Assembly: GCA_002269645.1 (NCBI GenBank)
Contig: NIVC01001603.1
Location: forward strand, 132,528-196,527
Direction: 5' to 3'
Source: Macrostomum lignano
Lineage: Eukaryota
Length of the DNA: 64,000 bases
In this document: in pieces, positions 12,001 through 24,826 of the stretch
Position numbering within the stretch: the first letter of the stretch is position 1
How the letters are laid out: every line of letters begins with the position of its first letter
Position numbers and translations under genes: made by a program
Notes under the pieces: generated by a model
Told to the model about the DNA's origin: nothing
The model's input: the letters and a program-made list of their open reading frames with translations, nothing else
Database searches by the model: none

Positions 12001-15000
12001 TGAAGCGGACTTCTCGCAGCCAGTTGATTTCTACGCTATCGGGTTTGAAGAGATGGTGGACCTGAATGCCAGCAATATCGTCAATGCTAGCAGTACTAAC
12101 AAGCGGCTGTGGGCTGAGGAACTGCAGAAGACTCTGGGAAATGATGGATCTCAGAGGTTGGTTGCTTTGTGTTGGTGTTGTGCCAACTCCCCAAGGCCCA
12201 GAGAGTGTTTAACATGCTTGATGATTAGAAAGTCAAGGGGCTGATGTACACCTTGTGTGAGCTTATATGTGCTCAGGACAGGATTGACTCAGCATTAATC
12301 CGAAAATCACCCTTGATATTATCAGAAAATTGCCTCTAAAAATATCAGAAAATCTACCCTCAGAATACCAGATAATCTCCCCTGAGAATGTTAAGAAGTC
12401 GCCCCAGAGAATATCAGAAAATCTCCCCTGAGAATACCAGATAATCTCCCCTGAGAATATCAGGAAGTCGCCCCAGAGAATATCAGAAAATCTCCCCTGA
12501 GAATAACAGAAAATCTCCACTGAGAATACCAGAAAATCTCCCCTGAGAATACTAGAAAATCTCCCTTAAGAATATCAGAAAATCTCCCCTGAGAATACCA
12601 GAAAATCTCCCCTGAGAATATCAGAAAATCTACCCTGAGAATACCAGAAAATCTTTTCTGAGAATATCAGAGAATCTATTCTTAGAATACTAGAAAACCT
12701 CCCCTGAAAATACCAGATAATCTCCTCTGAGAATACGAGAAACTCTCCCTTGAGAATATCAGAAAATCTCCCCTGAGAATACCAGAGAATCTCCTCTGAG
12801 AATACCAGAGAATCTCCTCTGAGAATACCAGAGAATCTCCCCTGAGAATACCAGAGAATCTCCTCTGAGAATACCAGAGAATCTCCTCTGAGAATACCAG
12901 AGAATCTCCTCTGAGAATACTAAAAAATTTCTCCTGAGACTACCAAATAATCCCCCCCTGAGAATACTGGAAAATCCCCCTTAAGAATATCAGAAAAGCT
13001 CCTCTGTAAATATCAGCAAAGCGTCTCTGAAAATAATCACCCCTGAGTAAATAATGTAAAGCGTTATAGTTTCTGCTCCTGTATATACTACTTGAATTCG
13101 CTATACCGGTAGTCATTGATATTTTTTTCTTTAAAATACCAACCCATTAATCCAGGTACATCCTGTTAACATCAGTCCAACTAGTCGGCGTCTGTCTATA
13201 CGTATTTGTCCGCCACGGCATCTCCCAGTACATTCGCGAGGTTGGCACAGCCAGCGTGAAAACTGGCATGAAAGGCACAGCTGGCAACAAAGGAGGCGTA
13301 GCTATCAGATTTGTCTATCACAACACTTCGCTAGCATTTGTGTGCAGCCATTTCGCAGCTGGCCAGTCCAACTACAAGGAGCGCAACGCTGATTTTGCGC
13401 AAATCTATCAACGGCTAACCTTCCAGATGGGTAGAACCCTGGCCCAGCACGACTATGTGTTCTGGTGCGGCGATTTCAACTATCGGATCAATCTTGGCAG
13501 GGAGCGAGTGCTGCAGTGCATCGCCGAGAACAATTGGGACGAATTGAGAAAGCACGATCAGCTTAATGACCAGCGTAGGCAGGTAATTTGCATCTGGTTA
13601 CAGGCTGGACCATAGACAAAATCAATAGTGTGGGCGTTTTGGCCACAGAACTCCTCAGAGATCAATTTGGATCAAAGCTATAAGTCTTCGCTGAAGTACA
13701 GAATAGGGCAGAGAGGACCATACGCTGAAATCAGTAGTCTATGGTGAATATGAACTCTGCTGGGCCTATTAGAAACGCACCAAATATTGGTCGCACTAAA
13801 AAAACAAACAATATGCACTCAAAGCATAGGTGAATGGTTTTGTACCATAGGCATTTTTTATTCCATTTCGGTTTTATGCTATCATTGACCTAATTGGGAG
13901 GCTAGCAAAGTTAAGCAAAGTTGACGGCGGTTAGTACGCAACTAAATACTCGGCCGTATCTACTTTACGCTGTCGAGCTAGAGCTAACTCCACCCGTACC
14001 CACCCTTTTGCAGGGCTTAGTATTCGCCAACTTCCACGAAGGCCACACAACGTTTGCTCCAACTTATAAATACGATTTGTTTAGCGACGAGTTCGACAGT
14101 AGCGAGAAATGCCGCGTGCCAGCCTACACCGATCGGGTGCTGTGGGCCAGGAATTCGTCAGGGAAGCTGACTGGCCCTGGCAAACTGCTCATGTACAATA
14201 GGGCCGAGTTGAAGATCTCCGACCATAGGCCTGTGGCTTGCCTGTTGGAGATTGAGGTGAGGCAAGAATTCCTTCTTATCTGGTCTGAGAATTCTCTCTA
14301 TCCTGTCTGAGAATTCCCTCTATCCTGTCTGAGAATTCCCTCTATCCCGTCAGAGAATTCCCTCTATCCCGTCAGAGAATTCCCTCTATCCTGTCAGAGA
14401 ATTCCCTCTATCCCGTCAGAGAATTCCCTCTATCCTGACTGGGAACTCCCACTATCCTGACTGAGAATTCCCTCTATCCTGACTGAGAATTCCCTCTATC
14501 CTGTCTGAGAATTCCCTCTATTATGTCAGAGAATTCCCTCTATCCTGTCAGAGAATTCCCTCTATCCTGTCTAAGAAATTCTCTCTATCCTGTCAGAGAA
14601 TTCCCTCTATCCTGACTGAGAATTCCCTCTATCCTGTCCGAGAATTCCCACTATCCTGACTGAGAATTCCCTCTCCCATGCCTGAGAATTACATCTAGCC
14701 TGTCTGAGATATTCCCTCTATCCTGTCTGGGAATTCCCTTTATCCTGTTTGAGAAATTAGCTCTTCCCTATCAGCGAGGGCTATCGTTACCAATTATCTC
14801 AAAAAAGTATGCAACATCTCAACTCCTACTTGCAGGTGTCCCGCGAGAATCGGGCCCGTCGAAATGCCCTCTACGAGGCGCATCTCAATGCAATCGGGCC
14901 GCCCGACGGCACAGTGATTGCCCGCGTAACCAACACGGACTATTTCGATGACGCATCTTTGGACTTTCTTATCGAGCTGTTTGGCAATTGCGGCAGAATA

Positions 15001-17620
15001 TTGCTGGTTAGATTGAAGGCAGATTCAGCTCTGTTCACTTACGCTGAAGGTGTCTCAGCTTTGCGAGCTGTTCAGGTGAGACCGCTAATGGTTGTCTGTT
15101 GGTGGCTGTCTTGCTGATTGGCATGTGCCTGTTACTGGCTGTCTTGCTGATTGGCATGTGTCTGTCTTTCTAATATAATTGACATGTGTCTGTTAGTGGC
15201 TGTCTTGCTGATTGGCATGTGTCTGTTAGTGGCTGTCTTGCTGATTGGCATGTGTCTGTTAGTGGTTGCCTTGCTGATTGGCATGTGTCTGTTAGTGGCT
15301 GTCTTGCTGATTGGCATGTGTCTGTTAGTGGCTGTCTTGCTGATTGGCATGTGTCTGTTAGTGGCTGTCTTGCTGATTGGCATGTGTCTGTTAGTGGTTG
15401 CCTTGCTGATTGGCATGTGTCTGTTAGTGGCTGTCTTGCTGATTGGCATGTGTCTGTTAGTGGCTGTCTTGCTGATTGGCATGTGTCTGTTAGTGGCTGT
15501 CTTGCTGATTGGCATGTGTCTGTTAGTGGCTGTCTTGCTGATTGGCATGTGTCTTTAGTGGCTGTCTTGCTGATTGGCATGTGTCTGTTAGTGGCTGTCT
15601 TGCTGATTGGCATGTGCCTGTTACTGGCTGTCTTGCTGATTGACATGTGTCTGTTAGTGGCTGTCTTGCTGATTGGCATGTGTCTGTTAGTGGCTGTCTT
15701 GCTGATTGGCATGTGTCTGTTAGTGGCTGTCTTGCTGATTGGCATGTGTCTGTTAGTGGCTGTCTTGCTGATTGGCATGTGTCTGTTAGTGGCTGTCTTG
15801 CTGATTGGCATGTGTCTGTTAGTGGCTGTCTTGCTGATTGGCATGTGTCTGTTAGTGGCTGTCTTGCTGATTGGCATGTGTCTGTTAGTGGCTGTCTTGC
15901 TGATTGGCATGTGTCTGTTAGTGGCTGTCTTGCTAAAGTGCATCTTAGTAACCGGCTGAAACGTATTCGCAACCTCAATTTCCAGGAAATCGCCGGCACC
16001 CAACTGGACGACGGTCGGCAGGTTCTGGTGGAGCTGCACCTGCCCGACTGGCGCAAACGGGCCATGGCCGACATCGTCGAAGATCCCGACTGCCCCGACG
16101 CCGCAGCCGAGGCTGAAAGTGTCGACGACGATTCGCTAACCGGCAGCGCCGTCGCTCATTTCGACGTCGACGGAATTGTCGGCGACGAAGACGACGAGAT
16201 TGCCGACGCTGACGATGTCGCCCTGGCCGGCGCGTCGATGTACCTGCCGGTGGCGCACGGGGCGCAGTCGATAAAACAGTCGCACAGCGCATCTGACCTG
16301 CTCAAGCTCCACCCGACATCCGGCGGTCTTGCCGGCCAGCGCCAGGGCTCCAATCTCAATTTGGCCGCTGATCGACGCTCGCCATCGCCTGCGCCGCCGT
16401 TGCCGCCACCGCCTGCTCGGCCGCCGCCGCCAAAATCTCCAGCTAAGTCGGCGCCGGCTCCGCCGCCGTTGCCGCCGCTGCCGAAACGGCCGCCGCCACC
16501 GTCGGTTTCGCCGCAGCCGCCGCAGCAACCGCCGCTGCCACCGCCGCCTGCTTCTCTTCAGCAGCAACAGCAGCCGCAGCCTCCGCCCCCGCAGGGGTTC
16601 CAACGACCACCTCCACCACCCGCTGGTTTTTCTGGCCCGATGCAGCGTCCCGGCGGTCCGCCCGATGGTCGATTCCCCAGGCCGGGGCCGCCGCAGCCGC
16701 ACCCGTCAGATCCGCGCATGATGACAGCGCCAAGACCGCCGCCTCAGCATCCGAGACCTCATCCGCCTCCGCATCCGGGTCCTCATCCGCCTCAGCATCC
16801 GGGTCCTCGACCGCCTGGGCCTCAGCAACCAATGGGTCCTCATCCGCCTCAGCATCCGGGTCCTCATCCGCCTCAGCATCCGGGTCCTCGACCGCTTGGG
16901 CCTCAGCAACCAATGGGTCCTCATCCGCCTCAGCATCCGGGTCCTCATCCGCCTCAGCATCCGGGTCCTCATCCGCCTCAGCATCCGGGTCCTCATCCGC
17001 CTCAGCATCCGGGTCCTCGACCGCCTGGGCCTCAGCACCCCATGGGACCTCGTCCTCCGGGTCCTTATCCGCCGCCGTCGCATCCCATGGGAGGACCACG
17101 TCCCGGACCTCCTGGTCCTCATCTGCAGCATCCGATGGGTCCTAGACCGTCGCCCGGTCCGCATCAGCAGCAGACGCCGCCCCAGCCGCGCCATCCGCCG
17201 CCGCCGCCTCCGCCGCGGCCGCAAGGAGCCACCGGAGATCCTGTCGCTTTCGACCCTTGGAGCGGCCAGCAACACCAGCAGCAGCAACTATCCACTCCAT
17301 CTGCTCAGCATCGCCCCAGATCTCCATCGCCGAAACGCAAGCCTCTACCCGAACCCGCCGCCTGGTCTCCTGTCGTACCCGACGCTGAACCTGCGCCGCC
17401 GGCGCCACCGCCGCGCCAGGCGCCACCGCAGGCGACATTCGGCGGCGAAGATTTCGCCGATTTCTCTTCGGCCTCCACCGCCGCCGCTGCTGCCGGGTCT
17501 CCCGACAAGAACGCCGCCGAACTGGAAGCCGCTTTCGGTCGGGTGTTCCGCGACGACGGCCTGGTCGTTGCGCCCAATCCACGGCCCGTGACGCCGTCGA
17601 CCCCTGATGCGAATCCTTAG
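6052..17620 (+). CDS. synj: Synaptojanin (Sac1 + inositol 5-phosphatase + RRM-like region + long Pro-rich tail), about 1486 aa
   Basis: Exons 6052-6486, 6935-7102, 8284-8616, 9697-10005, 11486-12156, 13156-13582, 14014-14256, 14836-15075, 15986-17620. All GT-AG, phases consistent, total 4461 nt. Motifs: [27 protein letters not shown], Sac1 catalytic [55 protein letters not shown]. Confidence 0.97.
6590..6880. repeat. 46-bp minisatellite, synaptojanin intron 1
   Basis: Unit gactagattagcaatccattccattctaatttaatccaacataatt, about 6 copies. Confidence 0.9.
7117..7385 (+). mobile_element. CORE-SINE copy 2 (synaptojanin intron 2)
   Basis: tgtagcct A-box, ggttcgattccc B-box, CORE block gagcaagacacttaactc...cagctgtaaaatgggtgcc, 3' gcaggtgtaa and AT tail. 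Lacks part of the 3' body. Confidence 0.9.
8712..9670. repeat. 39-bp minisatellite, synaptojanin intron 3
   Basis: Unit aagggtgagatttccttcacctcttatctccatatcata, homogeneous to about 9420 then degenerate. Produces the [16 protein letters not shown] artefact. Confidence 0.95.
10120..11400. repeat. 40-bp minisatellite, synaptojanin intron 4
   Basis: Unit gattaatattatcccaattgatttgtatggggatttgtag. Confidence 0.95.
12300..13050. repeat. 23-bp minisatellite, synaptojanin intron 5
   Basis: Unit ccctgagaataccagaaaatctc. Confidence 0.9.
14265..14755. repeat. 22-bp minisatellite, synaptojanin intron 7
   Basis: Unit gagaattccctctatcctgtca. Confidence 0.9.
15090..15935. repeat. 33-bp minisatellite, synaptojanin intron 8
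   Basis: Unit gtgtctgttagtggctgtcttgctgattggcat; the source of the 11-aa-repeat ORFs on both strands. Confidence 0.95.
16745..17130 (+). repeat. Coding 24-bp repeat (PHPPQHPG) in the synaptojanin Pro-rich tail
   Basis: cctcatccgcctcagcatccgggt units interleaved with [11 protein letters not shown] units inside the last exon. Confidence 0.9.
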
Positions 17621-17779
17621 GTTTCGCTATGGTGGTTTTTAGTATCTAGTCAGTCATTTACTCATTGTCGTGAATAGATAGCTTTATTGGTAGGAAAGAA
17701 TACAATTGATGTATGATCTGATTGTGGTCATTGGTTAGAATTTTGTAAAAAAACAAGTCATTCATTGATTATGATCGAG

Positions 17780-18025
17780 GTCATTAATGAATTATTATCG
17801 AGGTCATTGATAGATAATGATCCAGGTCATTGACTGATAATGATCCAGGTCATTGACGGATAATGATCTCGAGGTTATTGATGGATTATGATTGAGGTCA
17901 TTGATAGACAATGATCAGTTTCATAATTAGATAATAATCGGTCTCATTGATGGATGATCGAGGTCATTGATGAATAATGATCGAGGTCATTGATGAATAA
18001 TGATCGAGGTCATTGATATATAATA
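17780..18025. repeat. Degenerate ~23-bp repeat downstream of the synaptojanin stop (probable 3'UTR)
   Basis: Unit resembles gataatgatcgaggtcattgatg. Confidence 0.75.
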
Positions 18026-18481
18026 ATCAATTAAATATCAGTAATTAGTTCTCTTATTGTATTAATTATGTTAATTAATTATAACTTATATAATTATCGT
18101 CGGGAATCTGCCTATTCAATACTTACTAAATCTGTTTATAGCTTTTTAGTGTAATCAGCGTCTTCTTAGGATTAGGAATATCAATTATAAGTAGAAGTGA
18201 TTTGTTTCTGCACTTATTTTGGTTAAGAATTAAACTGTTTATTACAATAATGTTTACTTATAGTAGATTCAGTTCACATTAATGTTTTATCCTTGATTTT
18301 TTGTTAAACTAATATTTAAATTTTAAAAGAAAGTTTGTGATAGTAAGTCAGTAATTTTATTAATTATACTCCTGTTTCCATTCATAACTTTCTACTGACT
18401 AAAAGTAGTAGAATGCATATCTTCAGGTGATTCTTATTCGCTATATTTCAATGCACTTTTATTCTGCATAATTCTGTATTC

Positions 18482-18487
18482 AATAAA
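18482..18487 (+). terminator. Candidate polyadenylation signal for synaptojanin
   Basis: AATAAA in T-rich context about 860 nt after the stop codon; not unique evidence. Confidence 0.3.
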
Positions 18488-18704
18488 AGATTAAAGCAAT
18501 TTGTTTTAATGCAAAACGTTTTTAAAGCATAATATGTTCAATTTGCAGCGTTTATCTCTAATTGAAGCGCATAATTTAAAATGTGCACCTTTTTCTTTCA
18601 ATTGATAAAATATATCATTTTCGTACCTTTTGTGTATTATTAGTAGTCTTTATGTGTACTCAGATTTATTCTTTATTAGCATCAAATCTCGTGTTAAAGG
18701 GGCC

Positions 18705-19185
18705 TAAATTAGTGTCAGAAAGGCGCCGCAATTAGTGTCAGTTAGACGCCAAATTTAGTGTCAGTAAAGCGCCATATTTAGTTTCAGTAAGCGCCGAAAT
18801 TAGTGTCAGTAAGGCGCCGAAATTAGTGTCAGTAAGGCGCTAAAGTTAGTGTCAGTCAGGCGCCGAAATTAGTGTCAGACGCCAAGCGTATTGTCAGTCA
18901 GGCGCCTAAATTAGTGTCAGTAAAGCGCTGAATTTAGTCAGTAGGGCGCCTAATTTATTGTCAGTCAGGCACCGAAATTTTTCTGTCAGTCGTCGAAATT
19001 AGTGTCAGCCAGGCGCCGAATTTAGTGTCAGATGGGCGCCGTATTTAATGTCAGTTAGGCGCCGAAATTAGTGTCAGTTAGGCGCCGAAATTCTTGTCAG
19101 TCAGGCGTCTAATTTAGTGTCAGGCGCCGAAATCAGTGTTAGTAAGGCGCCTAATTTAGTGTCAGTAAGGCGCCGAAAGTCATTG
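18705..19185. repeat. Degenerate ~23-bp intergenic minisatellite
   Basis: Unit resembles aaattagtgtcagtaaggcgccg, with a GGCGCC palindrome in most units. Confidence 0.85.
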
Positions 19186-19998
19186 TCTAAGTAAAAAAAC
19201 CTCAGAAAGTGTAAAATTTACACTTAAACTAGCACAGTTCAGTAGTATATTTAGATCTTGCCCATCTTCTATTCTATGTTTCTATTATTGTTGTTTGTTA
19301 TTCTAGATTGGTATTGTGCTTGTTTATTAGTGTTGTATTAATAAAATAATAGTTAATCAACTTTTTTGTTAAATTATTTCTTATATAAAAGACAGCTGAG
19401 ATTATGTGTTAAATCATATTTGATATTAACAGTTCAAACAGTAACTAGCAACGCCTTGCGCATATCTAGCTTAGCATCTGATGGGATGTCTTTATTCTAT
19501 TCTAGAATCAATGATTAGCGCCTGACAACTGCTACAAAAGAAACTCAATTATTATATACACTAAATATATTCTGTTATTATTGTGTTATAAATCAAATAA
19601 ATATCTGCATTACTGAATTGTAGATTGCATCATAGTGTTTTTGTAGAGAGCAATGAAGACTTTTGTGCATTGTTTCTTTATTGTTATTTGATATTTAATG
19701 TGAGACTGTTGAGTTTTAAAGTGGGCCTCAATTTTCTGTTCAGAATTCTAGCTTGTATCAGTCAAATAAAAACACCAACCAACATCTCTACCCTACTCTT
19801 TTAAATTTTTAAGTATCCCAATAATTATAGAAACATTAATACTTCAATTAGAATATAAGTTACGGTAAATATGGCGCTTAAAAGTTCCATATACCAACAA
19901 TTATAGTCAATTAAAGTTGATCTTGTCATGACCTAGGAATCTGTATAGGTCTGGGAACCATTTTATATGTAAATACTTTAACCCATTACACAAAAAAT

Positions 19999-20250
19999 GG
20001 GGTCGTAGCCTATAGTGGTTAGAGCGTCGGACTCTCGCGGCGAGTCGCCTGAAAGGTCAGGGGTTCGATTCCCGATCCCTCTCGGAACAATTTGTGTCCT
20101 TGAGCAAGACACTTAACTCTGCATTGCTGCAGTTCACCCAGCTGTAAAATGGGTGCCAGCATTAGCTGGGGTAATTGAGGCTGTGTGTGGCGACCCCCCC
20201 CCCCAGTCCTTGGACTGAACAGCCGTACGCAGGTGTAATCAATTATTATA
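19999..20250 (+). mobile_element. CORE-SINE copy 3, upstream of porcupine
   Basis: ggggtcgtagcctatagtggttagagcg A-box, ggttcgattccc B-box, intact CORE block. Internal 3' deletion between two GCAG microhomologies. Confidence 0.9.
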
Positions 20251-20557
20251 ATTACAGTAGCAATTAGTTTCAGTTATCTTTCAACAGTTTCTCCCCCAGT
20301 GTACATTTACCCCATGTAGTAATTGCATCACGTGACTGCCTGCCCACTTTTATCTAATCTTGCTTGTTCTATTTTTGCTACTCATTTGTTAGTAGTCAGC
20401 AATCTGAAATTTACAATCCCCGTTCAAAATTAAATTCATGTGGATATTTTACTGCCGTGTGTTATTTTCCTTCAATGACACTAGTTAACCGATGACAATA
20501 CAATTGAGTATTAGTTATTAATAATTACCGGTTATTGTTGGTTATTGAAGTCAATAA

Positions 20558-23500
20558 ATGTCGGGCGCCGGTGGCGGCGGCGGCGGCAGCGGCGATCAAC
20601 TCCTGGACGAACAGCTGGCCGCCTTATTGAACTCTGAAGATGAAGCTACTGCCGCGGCCGCTTTGATGTCGGCCGCCGCTGCCGGTTTTGGCGGATCGGC
20701 AGCCGCCGCCGCCGCCTATTCGACTTCCGGCGTTGTCGGCGGCGCCGGCTACTTGGTTAGGCGAGTCAGCCTGACCGATCTGTTTAATAACTGCGTACGG
20801 ACTGTGCTGCAGCAGGGCCTGGTGTTCACACTGCCAATATTCATTATGTGCATCCTGTTTAAAGTGCTTTGCCATACGGTTGGCGAAGGATTCGAAGAGA
20901 CTGGTATTAGCTTTCTGCCTAGGCAGATTATTCACGTCAGCTCCGGCTGTCTGGGACTTGTTATATTGCATCATCTGTTTCAGGAGTTCACTATGCTGGT
21001 ACTGCTGCAGGTGAGAGTTTTTATTGCTATTTCTCACCATTTCCAGTCAGTCATTTATGTGGTTTTCCCTATCAATTCCGGTCAGTCATCATTATTTCTA
21101 TATCCGGTTAGTCACCATCCACTTCTGGTCGATTGTTATCTCTATTTTCGGTCTATCATAATCTCTGTTTCCGGTCAGTCATTCTCTCTATCTCCGGTCA
21201 GTCATAATCTCCATTTCCGGTCAGTCATAATCTCCATTTCCGGTCAGTCATAATCTCTATCTCCGGCCAGTCATAATCTCCATTTCCGGTCAGTCATAAT
21301 CTCCATTTCCAATCAGTTATAATCTCCATTTCCGGTCAGTCATAATCTCAATTTTCAATCAGTCATTTCCATTTCAGGTCAGTCTTAATCTCGATTTCCG
21401 GTCAGTCATAATCTCCATTTCCGGTCAGTCATAATCTCTATCTCCGGCCAGTCATAATCTCTATCTCCGGCCAGTCATAATCTACATTTCCGATCAGTCA
21501 TAATCTCCATTTCCGGTCAGTCATAATCTCAATTTCCAATCAGTCATTTCTATTTCAGATCAGTCTTAATCTCGATTTCCGGTCAGTCATAATCTCCATT
21601 TCCGGTCAGTCATAATCTCCATTTCCGGTCAGTCATAATCTCAATTTCCAATCAGTCATTTCTATTTCAGATCAGTCCTCATCTCGATTTCCGGTCAGTC
21701 ATAAAACCATAATCTCCATTTCCGGTCAGTCATAATCTCCATTTCCGGTCAGTCATAATCTCGCGGTTTTGTCAATCATTAAGCGTCCTCTATTTTATCA
21801 TCTGGTGCATCAGACCATAATTAGCATTTAATTAACCAACGAATATTTGCAGGGCTTATTAGCCTACTTCACCATACTATTGGCTCACACGTTTCTATCG
21901 AGGCGTTGCGGCCTAGCAACTGCCTTATTGTCGCTAATATTTCATCTGATTTGGTGAGACAATCATCAATTTAACTTTGTCTATGTTAAATACTAAATAC
22001 TAGCAATTATAGTGTTAGATTTTTATTAATAATTACATTTCAGCCAAGTGTATCTGCCGGCTGACAGTTGGCAAAAAATCCGCGGGCCCCTGATGGTCCT
22101 GTCGCTGAAAGTAGTATCTATCGGATTTGATTTAGATCGGCAACTGCTGCTACTGGTGCCTGGGGTGTTCGAATTTTTCGGATATGCGTTTAACGTTGGC
22201 ACAGTTGTGTTGTGTTCGGGCCCTGGGTCGCCTTCTTGGACTATATGACTATTATACAGATTAAGGATAGGCCCATGGTGAGCTCTTTTCTTACTTATCT
22301 CGCCGCATATCTCATCTCACCCCATGTATCTTATCTCACCCCATGTATCTTATCTCACCTGATGTCTCTTATCTCACCCCCACGTCTCTTATCTCGCCGC
22401 ATGTCTCTTATCTCACCCCATGTCTCTTATCTCACCCTTATGTCTCTTATCTCACCCCCATGTCTCTTATCTCACCCTTATGTCTCTTATCTCACCCCCA
22501 CGTCTCTTATCTCGCCGCATGTCTCTTATCTTACCCCATGTCTCTTATCTCACCGTTATGTCTCTTATCTCACCCTCGTGTCTCCCTCTCTTATCTCACC
22601 CTCGTGTCTCCCTCTCTTATCTCACCCTCGTGTCTCCCTCTCTTATCTCACCCTCGTGTCTCCCTCTCTTATCTCACCCTCTTGTCTCCCTCTCTTATCT
22701 CACCCTCGTGTCTCCCTCTCTTATCTCACCCTCGTGTCTCCCTCTCTTATCTCACCCTCGTGTCTCCCTCTCTTATCTCACCCTCGTGTCTCCCTCTCTT
22801 ATCTCACCCTCGTGTCTCCCTCTCTTATCTCACCCTCGTGTCTCCCTCTCTTATCTCACCCTCGTGTCTCCCTCTCTTATCTCACCCTCTTGTCTCCCTC
22901 TCTTATCTCACCCTCGTGTCTCCCTCTCTTATCTCACCCTCGTGTCTCCCTCTCTTATCTCACCCTCGTGTCTCCCTCTCTTATCTCACCCTCGTGTCTC
23001 CCTCTCTTATCTCACCCTCGTGTCTCCCTCTCTTATCTCACCCTCGTGTCTCCCTCTCTTATCTCACCCTCGTGTCTCCCTCTCTTATCTCACCCTCTTG
23101 TCTCCCTCTCTTATCTCACCCTCGTGTCTCCCTCTCTTATCTCACCCTCGTGTCTCCCTCTCTTATCTCACCCTCGTGTCTCCCTCTCTTATCTCACCCT
23201 CGTGTCTCCCTCTCTTATCTCACCCTCGTGTCTCCCTCTCTTATCTCACCCTCGTGTCTCCCTCTCTTATCTCACCCTCGTGTCTCCCTCTCTTATCTCA
23301 CCCTCGTGTCTCCCTCTCTTATCTCACCCTCTTGTCTCCCTCTCTTATCTCACCCTCGTGTCTCCCTCTCTTATCTCACCCTCGTGTCTCCCTCTCTTAT
23401 CTCACCCTCGTGTCTCCCTCTCTTATCTCACCCTCGTGTCTCCCTCTCTTATCTCACCCTCGTGTCTCCCTCTCTTATCTCACCCTCGTGTCTCCCTCTC

Positions 23501-24203
23501 TTATCTCACCCTCGTGTCTCCCTCTCTTATCTCACCCTCGTGTCTCCCTCTCTTATCTCATTCTCATGACTCCATCCCTTATCTCACACTCGTGTTTATT
23601 ATCTCATCTATCATAGTACAGTTGATGCGTTTCTCACGGCAAACACATTCGCACTACATTGCAGAATTTCTCCTGGCTACTAACAGCGATTCGTGCCTAC
23701 GTGCTGTCAATTGGTAGCCTATTGTACTCCACCTGTTTCAGCAATTGGATCATCATTGATGGCTCTTATAAGTGAGTATTAGTTATATAGATTTCTACTA
23801 GATGCTAAATTTGGAACTGTTATTGCCTTTCATATCTTTATTTCAAATTTGTTTTATTAAAAAACATTTTTTAGATGGCTAATCGCGTTTAGAGATGCGC
23901 AATCGTTTCGCTTCAGTCACTATTTCACTTGCTACACGTCCGAGGCCACCGCCATAGCATCCGGTATTGGCGCTTCCAGGTATAGGGAGGCCGGCAACTC
24001 CGAGACTAAATGGTAGCGGTTTTGTGCTATTTTTTCCTCTTGCGTTTTATTCTATTGCGTAATCACACGTCATTTGTGTAGGTTTCATTCTTTCAGTCAT
24101 CAGCATGCTAGTAGTAGCACTTTACCGATCATGTCAGCAATTTTTACTCCTTGATAAATAAGTAGATATACGGATAGATAGATAGTTAGAGATGGATAGT
24201 TCG

Positions 24204-24263
<60 letters not shown>

Positions 24264-24279
24264 GATGGATAGATAGATA

Positions 24280-24314
<35 letters not shown>

Positions 24315-24394
24315 AGATGATGGATAGATGATAGATAGATGATAAATATATAGTTAGATAGTTAGAGATAGATAGATTGATAGATGATAGATAA

Positions 24395-24484
<90 letters not shown>

Positions 24485-24535
24485 TGATAGATAGATAGAT
24501 TGATGATAGATAAATAGATAGATAGATAGATAGAC

Positions 24536-24599
<64 letters not shown>

Positions 24600-24654
24600 T
24601 GATTGATTGATAGATAGATTGATGATAGATAAATAGATAGATAGATAGATAGAC

Positions 24655-24692
<38 letters not shown>

Positions 24693-24746
24693 CCCGTAGA
24701 TAGATACATAAACTTAGATAAGCAGACACGGACAGACAGACAGACG

Positions 24747-24826
<80 letters not shown>

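Noticed and set aside
13609-13745. Small MITE in synaptojanin intron 6 (accatagac...gtctatggt)
   Set aside because: Only a 9-bp inverted match and no TSD.
15132-16074. Several 11-aa-repeat ORFs on both strands
   Set aside because: Products of the 33-bp stop-free array in intron 8; the real exon starts at 15986.
16136-17591. Arg/Ala-rich overlapping ORFs in alternative frames
   Set aside because: Shadow frames of the GC-rich Pro-rich synaptojanin exon.
17612-17625. Stop-codon read-through or mis-assembly hiding a terminal NPF in synaptojanin
   Set aside because: TAG would need two changes to become Phe, and the downstream frame is uninformative.
19999-20085. tRNA gene
   Set aside because: The A/B boxes continue directly into the CORE-SINE body shared by five copies; it is a SINE head, not a tRNA.
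22212-23717. 400-500 aa Ser/Leu/Pro ORFs
   Set aside because: 26-bp intronic array (period not divisible by 3, open in all three frames).
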